The notes under the pieces: generated by a model | Database searches by the model: none | Seen by the model: only the letters and a program-made list of their open reading frames with translations | What the model was told of the DNA's origin: nothing | NCBI GenBank assembly: GCA_001600815.1 | Contig: BCKZ01000003.1 | Coordinates: forward strand, 1,165,474-1,229,473 | Source of the DNA: Alloascoidea hylecoeti | Taxonomy: Eukaryota | Reading direction: 5' to 3' | DNA: 64,000 bases | Translations under genes and position numbers: made by a program | Shown: positions 24,651 through 36,692 of the stretch, one piece after another | Layout of the letters: each line of letters opens with the position of its first letter | Numbering within the stretch: the first letter of the stretch is position 1

Positions 24651-25790
24651 ATGCCACACGCTTGTAGAGGAGTTACAAAAACAGATGAACCATGTAAAGT
24701 GAAAATAGCAGATTCAGATTCTTCTGATTTTTGTCGTTATCATAAATCTCAAGAAAATGGTTATGCTCCGAATGTTCCTGGAGGAGGATCGCCAGAGAAG
24801 AATTCAAATTCAAAATCTCCTAAATCTAACAGAAGATCATCATCACCAAAATCAACCACAAAAGTGAAAACAACAACTAATAAAAAAATATCATCTGTTT
24901 TTAAACATAAACCTAAAAATTCAAATGATTCAGTTTATTCAAATGATGGTTCACCAAAATCAAAATCAAAATCAAAATCAACTACAAAAGTGAAAACATC
25001 AACCACAAAAGTGAAAACAACTAAAAAAACTAATAATTCAATTAATGATTCAAATGATACTGAACATTATAGTAGCAAACCTGGTTATATTTATTGTTAT
25101 ACTTTATCACATTTAGTTGCTCCATCACCAGAAAAAGTCCCATGGTTAAACGTTGCAAGTGGTCCAAGAACTCCATCATTATCAAAAAATGATAAAGAAA
25201 ATTATGATTGGGAACATTTTGATCCAAAAAAACAAATCATGATTAAAGTTGGAGTTACAACAAATCATATATCAAAAAGATTACAACAATGGAAATCACA
25301 ATGTTCACATGATTTAACCCAATTATATCCTGATGATGATATAATTGAAACTGTTATAAATTCAAGAATTGGTACAAGTATTTATACAATTGATAAACTA
25401 TTTAATAAATTAACTTTAGGTGGATCAAATGGTAGAATAATAAGTGAATTAACAGGTGTTAAAAATAAATTTAATTTTTTTGATTCTTATGATAATATTG
25501 AAAGAGGTTTTAGATGTGATCAAGCTTATAAAGCTGAACAATCAATTCATCAGAAATTAGGTGATTCTTATGGTTCTGGAAATGTTTTATGTGAAGCTTG
25601 TAGTAAATCAAATAAAGATGGGAAATTAAGTATTCATACTGAGTGGTTTATTATTCCAAGAACTGATTTAACTAAAGTATTTGCTTTAATTAATGAAGAA
25701 TGTACAAAATTTAATACTGTTGAAGATAATGGGAAAATGAGTTTTATTTATAAAGATCCTGTGGGGAATAAAATTGAAACTGTTACTTAA
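24651..25790 (+). CDS. T5orf172/MUG113 (GIY-YIG-like) domain protein with N-terminal Cys/His motif and Lys/Ser-rich linker
   Basis: CRGVTK..CK..FCRYH; PGYIY; IKVGVT..KRLQQW..QC; AEQSIH; CEAC..HTEWF; repeated STTKVKT units. Confidence 0.75.
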   Translation: MPHACRGVTKTDEPCKVKIADSDSSDFCRYHKSQENGYAPNVPGGGSPEKNSNSKSPKSNRRSSSPKSTTKVKTTTNKKISSVFKHKPKNSNDSVYSNDGSPKSKSKSKSTTKVKTSTTKVKTTKKTNNSINDSNDTEHYSSKPGYIYCYTLSHLVAPSPEKVPWLNVASGPRTPSLSKNDKENYDWEHFDPKKQIMIKVGVTTNHISKRLQQWKSQCSHDLTQLYPDDDIIETVINSRIGTSIYTIDKLFNKLTLGGSNGRIISELTGVKNKFNFFDSYDNIERGFRCDQAYKAEQSIHQKLGDSYGSGNVLCEACSKSNKDGKLSIHTEWFIIPRTDLTKVFALINEECTKFNTVEDNGKMSFIYKDPVGNKIETVT

Positions 25791-26359
25791 ATTAAAATTT
25801 TTAAAAAGATAGATATCCTTTTAAAAAATTTTAATATTTTACAATTCAATCAATCAAGTACTATAAAAATTAAAAAAAAAAAAAAAAAATACAAATGGGT
25901 GGGGTTTTATTTGCAGCGGTTATTGATATCATTTATAGAAATATAAGCAGTCACTCCATGTTTTCTGTTGTGATGTTATTAGTTATAAATATTCTAAATT
26001 AAAATGTTTATGTCTTAAGTCTTTTGACTATAAATTCGTATATTTAAATCCACTAAATTGTGTCCAAAAATAGAGAAATAAATCGTCGAATGTGTGGATT
26101 TCTATTGGTATAATTCGGCGCAAAAATCAATTCAAATTATCAAAGAATATCAAATAATCAGCTATTAAATATACACCATTCATAATAGCTATAATCAATA
26201 CAATATATCAAATAAACGTAATTAATATACGATATTTCAAATAACTGTTCATATATATATTTAATATAATATTTTGAATTACTAATACAAATTTTCAAAT
26301 AAAATATAATCAATACACATTACTTCAAAATCATCGTATAATTAATACAATATTCAATT

Positions 26360-27008
26360 ATGGATCAAAGAAATCTACAAAGTCAAGAGCTGATTTCCAG
26401 TGTTCGTACACGAATTGTCCCTGAACATAACCAACAACCCCAGAGAAAATTAAATTAATTCAAACTTTAACATAATAAGAAGAGAAAATCAAGATTTAAT
26501 TCCTCAAAATACAAAGAGATGGTATGGAACATTCCAAAGGAAATACCTAAATTATTGTAAAGATAAACTTAAATGAATTATATCCGGAAAAGGTTTCAAG
26601 GGAAAGATTAATGAGCTACTTGTACTATAGAAAAGATCAAGGAAAGAAAATAAAATTAATTGAGAATGGTCAAGTTATCTCCAAAAAACTTCCCCTCAGT
26701 TTTCAAACTGTGGACCAAATTGTAGCAGCGGTAGTTAGTTTATACCATAAACATTTCATTAAAGTTCAAGAAACTTTTGTTAACATTTTTAAAGAATTAT
26801 AAATCAGAGATGTCGTCTTTAATTCGAACTCAACAAAGTCTTTTATCAGTGCCATTTCTGTAATTTTATTATCACAGCCAGACATATGAATAAGGGTATT
26901 TCTAATGAAACTCTATGTTTGGAGATTTTAGAAGATGCATGCACTAAACAAAATGTCTCCGTATCTCAATTTATGGAAAAGAAGTTAATTCCAGATGAAC
27001 TGAAATAG
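26360..27008 (+). mobile_element. Degenerate, internally deleted Crypton-like (tyrosine-recombinase DNA transposon; Ndc10/Gcr1-related) relic
   Basis: Across frameshifts: PQNTKRWYGTFQRKYLNYC / YPEKVSRERLMSYL / PLSFQTVDQIVAAVVSLY, resembling the CryptonF N-terminal region. C-terminal KGISNETLCLEILEDAC..SVSQF resembles GCR1_C. Catalytic core absent. Confidence 0.55.
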
Positions 27009-27419
27009 GACACCAATCTATTTCATATTTTATATTTTTTGCTTTTAAATTTAGTAATGTATAAGTAATCTATAGGTATAGTAAATATTTATAATAATAA
27101 TGTGTGGATGTGTGTTAACGATTTTTAGAAGTTAGCTTTTATAATTTAGCATAGTGCTACGTGCTTTGCTTTTCAATCAAATTTAAATATACTCATTTAA
27201 ATATCCTAATTTTTCATATTTCTATTATAAAATGGGTGGTTTATGACATGCGCTGGTATAAATCAAATTCTGAAGTTTAGATAAAAGCTCTCCACTTGAT
27301 GTTTCATGAGTTGACTTCAAAGTTCAACATCAGTGTTGAATAATTTGACTTCTTTCAGTTGTTGGTTCACCCATGATAAATAGATGTTGATATCCTCCAA
27401 CAATTAGAATATCATGTAG

Positions 27420-27531
27420 TTAAGCGGTTTTATGGTGATTCAAACCATAGAGTTCTTTATCATCCTTAATTGATTCATCAATGTAGTTTAAGGCTTCTGG
27501 TTGTTTCTTCATTTCTCACTAATGCCATCAC
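27420..27531 (-). pseudogene. Decayed TPR fragment of a third NLR paralog
   Basis: Minus strand 27515-27420 reads EMKKQPEALNYIDESIKDDKELYGLNHHKT vs NLR 4916-5005 EMGKPSEALSYFQESIKGYEELYGSNHPKT: 19/30 identical, ungapped. Confidence 0.75.
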
Positions 27532-28927
27532 CACCATCAGTTCAACATACAAGTTATGAAGATAGAAATCAAAAATCATCCCAAAGGATCAAATATTAAC
27601 AGGTAGGTTTTACTTTACCTGTCCATAAATATCTATAATTTTCCTACATATTTTTGTTTGCGTGGAACAGGTGAACACTTTTCTCTAGATCCGTGAATGA
27701 AATTGAAGAAAGAAAAAAAATTAGATATGCGTGGACATATCCATTTGAAGTTCTTCCTAAGAATCTTACTTATATATCAATATTGAGAAACAAAACGATA
27801 ATTATTATTGTAATATCTTTCGAAGTGGTGATTTATTTATTACTGTTTCAGACACCTCCTTGTGTTCGTAAACTTCCTGAGAATTTCAATAAACGATTTT
27901 GTAGGATAATAATATTGCAATGAATTTCTTGGATACAAGCTTAAACAACCTTCGAGTTCTGTGTACTTCCTATAGATAGGTTTTACTTTTCTTTTAGTAC
28001 AGGGTCTTAGGCATTATGATGGGTAATTAAAGAGTTATAATGATTAAAGAGGTTAGTATAAATGTTTCATAATTATAACCATTCTGTGTGTGTGCAAAAA
28101 AAAAAAGAAAAAAGATGAATTAAATATATAAACTAAATCAGACAAAATCTAAAATGAAAAATGAAATTTAAAACAATAGTAAATAACTTCGATTCAATTT
28201 TTAAGTTAACTATTACAACGTATATAAATAAATGAAATAGTATTATAAAATGGTAAAATATGTTTTAGTATTACTTTTCTTTAAAAAAAAAAAAAAAAAA
28301 AAAAAATTCTATAAAATGATAATAGATATGCCACTGAAAACAATATAAAATATAATTTGTATAAATAGAATAGATTTTAAAACCAATTCATAATGCAAAA
28401 ATAAAATAAAAAAATGTATCAAACAAAAAATCAGATCATATATATAATATAGTTGTAAATTAAAGAAAGTGTAAAGATAAAAAGATGAATGATATATAGC
28501 AATAGTAATAATGGTAATAATGCTTAAATATAGAGTATAAAAATATGTTTTTTTTTTCCTTTATGGATATAATTTGTATGCATTTTTTCAATTCTATTAA
28601 TATATCAATTCATAATATGCAGATGATCATTGCATGATAAATAATAGGAATCTCGTTTTAATATATTCTGAATTCAAATGAAAATCATGAAAATTGTTGG
28701 GGGATAGTTGTTGGCTGCCTCAGAGGATGATGATATCAATGGGTGATGCTGAGTTGATTGGATTGGTTTCAATTGATGTAAATTATGAAGTGATTAAACT
28801 TGATGATTAGTATGTAAAAGATAAAAAAATTAAAGAGTGGAGATCATAAGTTGTTAATATGATAATTAAAATTCAAACAAATAAATAAGAATAATAAAAA
28901 AGAAAAGAGGATTATATTGTGCTATTT

Positions 28928-29761
28928 TTAGAAGAGTGGAGAAGATTCTAATATATTAATCTGCAAATGTGAATTTGAATTTTCATTTGATTTAAATTGT
29001 TGTTTCATATTCATAAATAGGTTTAAATCTAAAGTTTGTTCCCTTGGATATTTATAATGTTCAAGTTCTTCAATACCATCAAGACTCAAGAAATTATTAT
29101 CATATAGTGGAGGTAAAACTGGAGGAGCACTTAGAGTATTCATTGAGTTAATTGAAGCTTTTGATTTATGAACCATTTGATTTGCTATGGAAACCATTGG
29201 AAGACTGTAAATTGAAGATAGGGAGCTTGTGCTTGGCTTGTGGGTGTAGGTGTGGAATTCCTGGAGCGGATGGAGGGACGGGGAAAAGAAGAGGTCGGGG
29301 ACGTTTGTGGAGGAAATGGAAGACGAGGAACGGGACCTGCTGCGGGTAATTGGGTGTTCTGGGATTTCGTAGACAGGCAGCTTGGATCCGGAAGACCTTC
29401 TCATCCCACACTCTCTTGTGGCGGTTGGAACCATTCTCGGCTTAGCGGTTGCATGTTGAATTTTAGGCTGGGCAATGTTGAAAAGAGAAACTGCTGAATA
29501 ATTGTAGACAACTCTAAACCATCGCTTAATACCGATATTTCTAAAGACCAACACGTAGTAATATATCACCAGTAGACCAGCTATGGTGAAAAGTAAGAAA
29601 TCCGCATGTTTCAGCAAGAAAATATGAAACGCGGAGGCTCTTAAACCTTTATCAAAAGGATATTTGAAAAGACCATTATAGGGGAGAACGAAATTGATGA
29701 TACCAGTATCTCTGTAGGCATGCTCTCTGAGCAGAACCAAGTCATGGGGAGGTGGAATCAT
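28928..29761 (-). CDS. Hypothetical 277-aa protein with one predicted TM segment and a Ser/Pro-rich tail
   Basis: ATG-started ORF; hydrophobic FLLFTIAGLLVIYYYVLVF; more GC-rich than its surroundings; family not recognised. Confidence 0.55.
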   Translation of the reverse strand: MIPPPHDLVLLREHAYRDTGIINFVLPYNGLFKYPFDKGLRASAFHIFLLKHADFLLFTIAGLLVIYYYVLVFRNIGIKRWFRVVYNYSAVSLFNIAQPKIQHATAKPRMVPTATRECGMRRSSGSKLPVYEIPEHPITRSRSRSSSSISSTNVPDLFFSPSLHPLQEFHTYTHKPSTSSLSSIYSLPMVSIANQMVHKSKASINSMNTLSAPPVLPPLYDNNFLSLDGIEELEHYKYPREQTLDLNLFMNMKQQFKSNENSNSHLQINILESSPLF

Positions 29762-31505
29762 TTCTGTTAGTTATCGAAGTGAAGGGGATAGAAGGAGAAA
29801 AAGATGGAAATTAAATAACTTTTATACTATCATTAGATGAGCTAAGGATGAGTGCTGGTTGGTTTCAAAAATGCATACCTGCATACTATTTACTTCCATA
29901 ACCTAATCGAGGATCAACATTAATCTTGAAATCTGGAAGAAGTCTATTAATCTAGAAAGTTAAGCTTGCTACAGCCAAAGCCAACTATTTACAGTGTCAT
30001 GGAGCTCTGTACATCAGCACTGGCAGTTTATTTGGTGTTACAACGGTAACTAAAATTACACTTCGTCCAAATTGCCAGTTTTGTTTTATCGATCTCTGAC
30101 AACTTTTATACGAAGGCTTTTTGACATCGACATTCTGAATCATCACTGCACAACGCTGACACGTATCATATCTAGTGTATCCCTGGATCAGCTGTATTTG
30201 AAACAAGCTGTAACATCTCAATTGAAAAGTCACTGAATATGCATTTGTATATTAAAAGGGGTAGTTACGCATAACACCAAAATCCATTTCTGATCCATAT
30301 CGTTTGGTATCTTTTATTTCAGTGCCATTGCAACTGCTCAACTGCCATATTCTGTATAGTATCCTATAATATTAATCAAAAGATTCAAACCGAAGAAGCT
30401 TAGGTCCTAGTGACTACTGAACAGTTTCTACCGAGCTCGAGCTCTTAATTTCTGCCATGTGATGCACTATTACCCTAAATATTCGACCACTTATTATATT
30501 ATCTATTCCGCTAGGTGATACCTTAGACATTCATCTACCTCTCCAACTAATTTTTGTTCGCCTATATATACTTTCCTCTGTTTCCCATGCGAGGAAAAAT
30601 TAACTGTAATAGTTAAAGTTAAATGGAAGGGAAATTATCGGTGATAACACTGACAATAGTGACAAGTATGACGATTTTACAAATGATTTTGGTCCAACTG
30701 CTTTTTAATTTTCAGTTTTACACAGCATTATAATGGATATAGAGTTTTACTAATTAACTTCTCGGTTCAATTATAAGGCTTCTTATTTATTTAATTGCAA
30801 CTGAACAACTCATGATCAAGTTTTAATATTAATTTATTAAAACAAAATGTTAAAAGAGGCGGATTTGTCAACATAAACATTCAACTGCAGCTGTATGAAT
30901 CTGTAAATACAATTACGGACGTATTACTGATCCATTTTGCCTGTAATGTTCAATGTGCTCAAAATATATCGTAGTTTGAAATCGCTACAATTTAATTCTA
31001 TGGTGCTATAAGATATCATCGTTAATTTTGCGACAATATTGCAACTGACATTGCAATAATGCTGAATGTATGGGTATATGTTTAAGCTTAATTATATTAC
31101 CTATATAGGCTATAGCTTTTTATATGAGACAACAGATGCAAAATCAATCTTTAAGGCATACATTTGTTTATTTTGATGACATATAAGGTCATAATTGGCA
31201 TAATTGGCATATAAGGTAACTTAAATGCGTACGTAAATACATATACGGTCCTCTAAAAATTATAGAACCCATATTCAATTGCAATAATATAAAAATATTC
31301 CTAAGATGTAACTACAATTTTGTCTAACCTCTAATTAAAGACATCAGCGTCATAGCTAAGAATCTTACCATCGCAACCATTTTATAACCATTGGAATGCA
31401 ACATTTCCAATTGCTTTTTAGAAAACATAAAGGCGGGAGAAAAAGTATAAATAACTCATTATTCTCCATCTTTTTCATATCAAATAATAACAAATCCCAT
31501 CAAAA

Positions 31506-31940
31506 ATGAGATTTTCTACTTATAATGTTATCGCCTTAAGTCTTTTGACTTCCTATGCTTCAGCAACCGGTTTACTTGCAACTGCCTCAGGAGCTAATTC
31601 TTTATATGATAGTCTTTCCCTCATAACTGATTCTTCTGATATTGTTATCGGTAAAGGAACTCCAATTGATGCAAAATTTACATCAGATGGTAAAGTTCAA
31701 GTTTCAAGTGAAAAGTCTTATTATCTCGATGTAGATTCAAATCATAAATTAATATATTCTTCAGATGGTTCAGGTAGTTCAATAACTGGTTGGTCTTTTT
31801 CTAAAAATCGTTTAACTTTAAATGGTGAAGATAATGGATTAGCTGTTGAGAATGATGATGGAAGTTATAATGTTTATTGGTCTTCGAATAAATCTGATGC
31901 ACCAGATGGTGCATTTAAAATTTCTGTTCTTGTTACCTAA
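31506..31940 (+). CDS. Secreted cell-wall protein, Cwp1/Rhd3(Pga29)-like, without a GPI tail
   Basis: Signal peptide; GLLATASG, FTSDGKV, GWSF..NRLTLNG, DGSYNV pattern; TATAAA at 31446. Confidence 0.65.
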   Translation: MRFSTYNVIALSLLTSYASATGLLATASGANSLYDSLSLITDSSDIVIGKGTPIDAKFTSDGKVQVSSEKSYYLDVDSNHKLIYSSDGSGSSITGWSFSKNRLTLNGEDNGLAVENDDGSYNVYWSSNKSDAPDGAFKISVLVT

Positions 31941-32099
31941 ATGGCTTAAATTGATTTCATAAAAATTATAACAATTATGTGTAAGGGAACTAATATTTAT
32001 ATATTCTAATATCCAACTCTAATATATTCAGAATTAATGATTTATATTTAATACATGTACTTCAATTTAATCTTTAGGTTGGTATTTTATTATATCCAA

Positions 32100-32400
32100 T
32101 TCTGGATTAAAGTTTCCAAGCTTTTTTGGACACATTGTACCACACCAAAACAAAATACCTTCTTTTCAGATCCATATAAAACAAGGTAATCAAACCCGAT
32201 AAATATGAAATTCATCCTTTTAGCATGATCAGTTTGAGAAAAATTCTTCTAAGATTTAGTAACATTGTTTTCTTACAAAGCCATTGTTGTTAATTTCTGT
32301 TTGTGTTTGTAGCTGTATTCTTATAAACCTATATCAACTTCTTTCTGAAAGAGACCTTTGATGAGATTCTTGAGGGTTTTACATTCAAGTAGGATGACTT
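32100..32400 (-). mobile_element. Possible heavily decayed Tc1/mariner transposase fragment
   Basis: Minus-strand frame with stops reads GL*EYSYKHKQKLT...FIFIGFDYLVLYGSE, spaced like Tc1 GLxxxxxxKKPxLT...IWSDESKFNLFGSD. The catalytic SDE is not retained. Confidence 0.3.
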
Positions 32401-32854
32401 TAACACATCTATTCATAAAGCCGGGATCGTGTTCATATTAAGGGCGCCAACACTAAATACAGAATTTATACTTTGATCTTATATACAGTAATAGAACTAT
32501 TGAATTTACGGAAGCTTACCTATCATTTTATTCAGTGGCTGGCCATAATACCATCATTTCTGTTTAGTAACCTTAACCCGGAACCGGTTGTTCGTAGGGC
32601 CCAAAGTTAACGTAAAAAACATCAATTTATATAAACCCAAAATCTTGATTAAATGGCCAATTCTCAAGGAAATACTACTAATTTTGTAAGCTTAATTTTG
32701 GATATAAACAACTATTGGGGGTGTATTTCTCTCTGACTTCATTAATAACAAAAACTAATTTAAAATATTCAATATTCCAGTCTTGTTAAATATAATTATG
32801 AAAGGGTATCTCAGATTAAAAAAAAAAAGGGGGGAAAATGTGCTTACTATAGTT

Positions 32855-34657
32855 TTAAATGTCCTCTATAATTCCTGCACTGGTTTCAGGTATAGGTAAG
32901 TAACCAATTCTTTCTCTTATTTGTGAACCATTAACATTATTTGCAGAATTAGAACCTTCATCATTCTCATTGTCATTTTCATTGCCGTTTCCATCTTCAT
33001 TGTCATCATCAACAATCCCAGAAGCATTAAAATATCCATAAATACTTAAAAAAGTTAAACTCCACCATGCAATTTCAACACAACTATGAGCTTGACTATA
33101 CGCCATAATAAGACCCCAACAAATTGGTCCAATTGATCTTGCTAATGCAGAAGCAGCCTGCACAACACCATTAACAGTTCCTAAAACTTCTCTTTTTTTA
33201 ACTGATCTATTTGTTAAAACTGATATTTGAGGAAATGCAAAAGCATATAATATTGTTTTCCAAAAAACAATTGTAAAAATATAAAAATATTGTTTATGAT
33301 ATGATTCATTACCAGATAATAATAAATAAGGCATTATTAAATATAAAAATGGAAGTTGAAATAATACAATTTTAAAAGGTTTTAAAGTACCAAATTTTAA
33401 ATCAACCCATGGTGTTAATGTTAACATTGTTGAAATTCCAACTAATCCATTACATGATAAAATAAAACCAACATCTGCTGAATTGAAACCTAAACCTCCT
33501 ACTAGTGTGAAAGGAAAGTGTGATCTTAATGTTTTATCATTTGGATCATTTGGATTTAAGTATGCAATACTTGATGATAAAACAACAGGTAATAATTCTT
33601 CAAAAACGGTTATACAAAGAGATAACATGGCAGTTTGCATAATTATAATATTTACTGCTGGTGTAAAGATATCTGACCAATTTTCCTTATATGGTATTTT
33701 TTGTTTTGTTATTGTATTACGTTCTTCATCAATGATGATAATATGTGATGAAGTACTAGATTCTGAACTATTAGATGTTGAGCCATAATTGGCCTGTTCA
33801 ATGGCTCTGTTCCTGGTTTTAGGTATTAAAGTAGTATTATCATCATCATCCTCATCATACTCTTCTTCTTCTGTTTCTTCATCACTATGATATGCTTTAA
33901 ACCCAATGAATTTTTTAATCTTATTACCAATTTCACGGCCAATATCTCGTTTACCCTTAGCACTCTCCAAAGTTTCTTCAAGAAAAAATAAAGCAAAAAG
34001 TGATCCAATTACTACTATCCCAGAAACTATGAAATTTGGTAATGCATAAGGATATTTTCTAAAAAAAACTGAATCTTTGAATAAAAATGGTAAATTTTCA
34101 ACAGGATTTGCCATATAACCTCCTATCATTGGTCCAATAACACATCCAACTTGCCATAATAATGGCATTACAGTAAACGCTAGTGGTTGGTGTTTTCTTT
34201 CAACTGCTATTTCTCCAATCATTGTTCTCAAGACTCCAACATTACCGTTAAGTAAACCAGTTATACACCTTGCACCAATAGCCATGTAAATATTTGTAGA
34301 TAGGCCGAACAAAAGCATGCCTATTATGGAACCAAACATACCTGTTAAAATGATTGGTTTTCGACCATATTTGTCAGACATTCTACCCCAATGAATACCC
34401 GTTAAAACCTGACAAAAAGCAAAGCATCCAGAAATATAACCAGCATATGTTGCTATTTCTCCTTCATTTTTAGCACAATGAAAATCCCGTACCATAAAAA
34501 ACAGATATGGAAATATAGATGTGAAAGCTATTGGTTCTGCAAATCGAACTAATGCAATGACAGCTATTTGACCTATTGGGAAACCATCAAGTTGATCTTT
34601 GAATGATAATTTTTGAGGCTTTTCATCAGTTTTGTTTTTTGTTGTCGATATAACCAT
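32855..34657 (-). CDS. MFS transporter (DHA1-like, YCR023C/ZIFL-type), copy 1
   Basis: RFAEPIAFTSIFPY; motif A WGRMSDKYGRKP; GLLNGNVGV; GPMIGG; long central loop; TM pattern. Confidence 0.9.
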   Translation of the reverse strand: MVISTTKNKTDEKPQKLSFKDQLDGFPIGQIAVIALVRFAEPIAFTSIFPYLFFMVRDFHCAKNEGEIATYAGYISGCFAFCQVLTGIHWGRMSDKYGRKPIILTGMFGSIIGMLLFGLSTNIYMAIGARCITGLLNGNVGVLRTMIGEIAVERKHQPLAFTVMPLLWQVGCVIGPMIGGYMANPVENLPFLFKDSVFFRKYPYALPNFIVSGIVVIGSLFALFFLEETLESAKGKRDIGREIGNKIKKFIGFKAYHSDEETEEEEYDEDDDDNTTLIPKTRNRAIEQANYGSTSNSSESSTSSHIIIIDEERNTITKQKIPYKENWSDIFTPAVNIIIMQTAMLSLCITVFEELLPVVLSSSIAYLNPNDPNDKTLRSHFPFTLVGGLGFNSADVGFILSCNGLVGISTMLTLTPWVDLKFGTLKPFKIVLFQLPFLYLIMPYLLLSGNESYHKQYFYIFTIVFWKTILYAFAFPQISVLTNRSVKKREVLGTVNGVVQAASALARSIGPICWGLIMAYSQAHSCVEIAWWSLTFLSIYGYFNASGIVDDDNEDGNGNENDNENDEGSNSANNVNGSQIRERIGYLPIPETSAGIIEDI

Positions 34658-36692
34658 TTTTTATTTTTTTTATTTTATTTGGGATGAGTTATATTTGATA
34701 TATAAAATTTTCTTTTCATATATATTGCGCGATATCACGCACTGAAGATATTTTTATAATTAAAAACTTATCGTTTCGATTACTTAATGAGGAATGCCTT
34801 TAATCAAATATAGAAAATTTACCGGCGTTAAGCGTTAATAAGCATTATAATTATTAATAAGTTAAATATGAATCATGAATCATGACTCATGAAGTATTAA
34901 AGAAGAATTAAAGCCAGTGAATATTGATCGATATAATAAAAAACAGCGAATAAAGTTATTTAGTTTTTATTTACTTCGATAGTGAAATACTATCAACTGT
35001 TGGAAATACATGAAATTTATTATAGTTTGTTACCTTAGGGAATCTTTTAAAATCTAAGGTAGTATATGCGTCACCATACATATGATAGGAAGATCTCTAT
35101 TCCTACTTTAATTTAGAAGTTGAGATTGATATAGAAAGACATCTAGACTACATTCATTAAATTGTGATAATATAGAATAAATGAGTATCAAATGAGATAA
35201 AAGCAATTTTATTTACAAAGATTAAAAACACCCATGACAAAATAATAACAATGTGTCTGGTTGATTTCGGCATGTCTTTTAATATATTTAGCAATGATAG
35301 AGGTATACTATCCGTGGAATTATGAAACATTATTGGCGCATATATTCGTGGGAATAATAATGCAATTATAAATTGTTAACGTTTAATTGTAATTCTTTCT
35401 TCGTTTGAAAAAAGCGGAAGTTTGAATAGCAAAGTTTTGGTAATACAAAGAAATTATTCTCGATCAGGATCTCGTATGCGAAAGTTATTCAGCTTAGTAC
35501 CTATAAACACATGTAACAAAGCATACGAATTCTACGTTTTACTGTGTTATGGTTATACCGATAATTTGCCTCCACCACTTGCTAAAGATTTCAACCTCAT
35601 TGCTGAATTCAAAATTAACCTGAAACACATTAACAAATCGAACTTAGTTATAAATAATATAATATATTTATGGCAATTTACATAATATATGAATTTGTAA
35701 GTTATACTATTGGCGGCGTTATTACATCGACATTAAAAAGAGACAAAAGAAACCAGGGAAAGTTTAAATTAAACAATTGTAATATTCTTAATATGCTGAT
35801 AATACATACCATTAATATACCCCGTATTTCAGTAAACTCTGTGTGTAAATACATAATGATCAGTATGAACTTTTATTATGAAGGGAGTCTGTAGATGATT
35901 TCCATGTTGTAATAAGCTTATGGAATTTAAATGATATAACTCATATTATTGTGACTTGCTAGTTAATTATAATTCCCACACACATCCGAACTTATGTAAC
36001 TTTTATGAAATTTGAACCATCTGAAATTTCTTAATAAGATTATAATGAATAAACGAACTCATGATCCGTTTTCTAGAACATTGTAAATGTTAAAGAATAA
36101 AGGAAAAATGCTAGCGCTTATCTATTAACCAACCAATTAGTTAATTGCAACTTATCACCATTTGGTTTTCAAGCTTTAAATAGATCTGATAATAGTACCA
36201 TATGGAGTAGGGAAAGTGATCTAGAGTGAATTAAACTTTACATTAAGAAACAATTGCGAGAGAAACGGATAATTTTTACAGATTTATACCCCCCTTTTTT
36301 TGTTATACGATATATTACCTAAAAAAATATATTTACTACAATATAAAATTATAGCACACGTATATGTACTACGTAGTTTTTGATATTTATACATGTATAC
36401 ATTGCATAGTATATAGCGTGTTAAACCGCCGTGTTTAAACTTGCAATTGGACGCAAAATATACGGAGATCTAAATATGAACAAAATGTTATATTCCGTGT
36501 CTAATTTGAATTTGATACTTAATCTTTTTGCTCATCTTATATCCTAAGTATGATTATGTTATATTTATCTCCAATTTCAATGAATATTTGTTGGATGTGT
36601 TGACGAATGCACATTCAACAGATCAAAAAATTAATATTAATGTGTTATATTTTCAGTTTCAAATTTCCAAAATCTTTTGACCATATAGTTAA

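Noticed and set aside
28283..28306. Poly(A) tracts here and at 25872 and 51761 as possible retrocopy tails
   Set aside because: No TSDs or adjacent processed-gene body; common in AT-rich yeast intergenic DNA.
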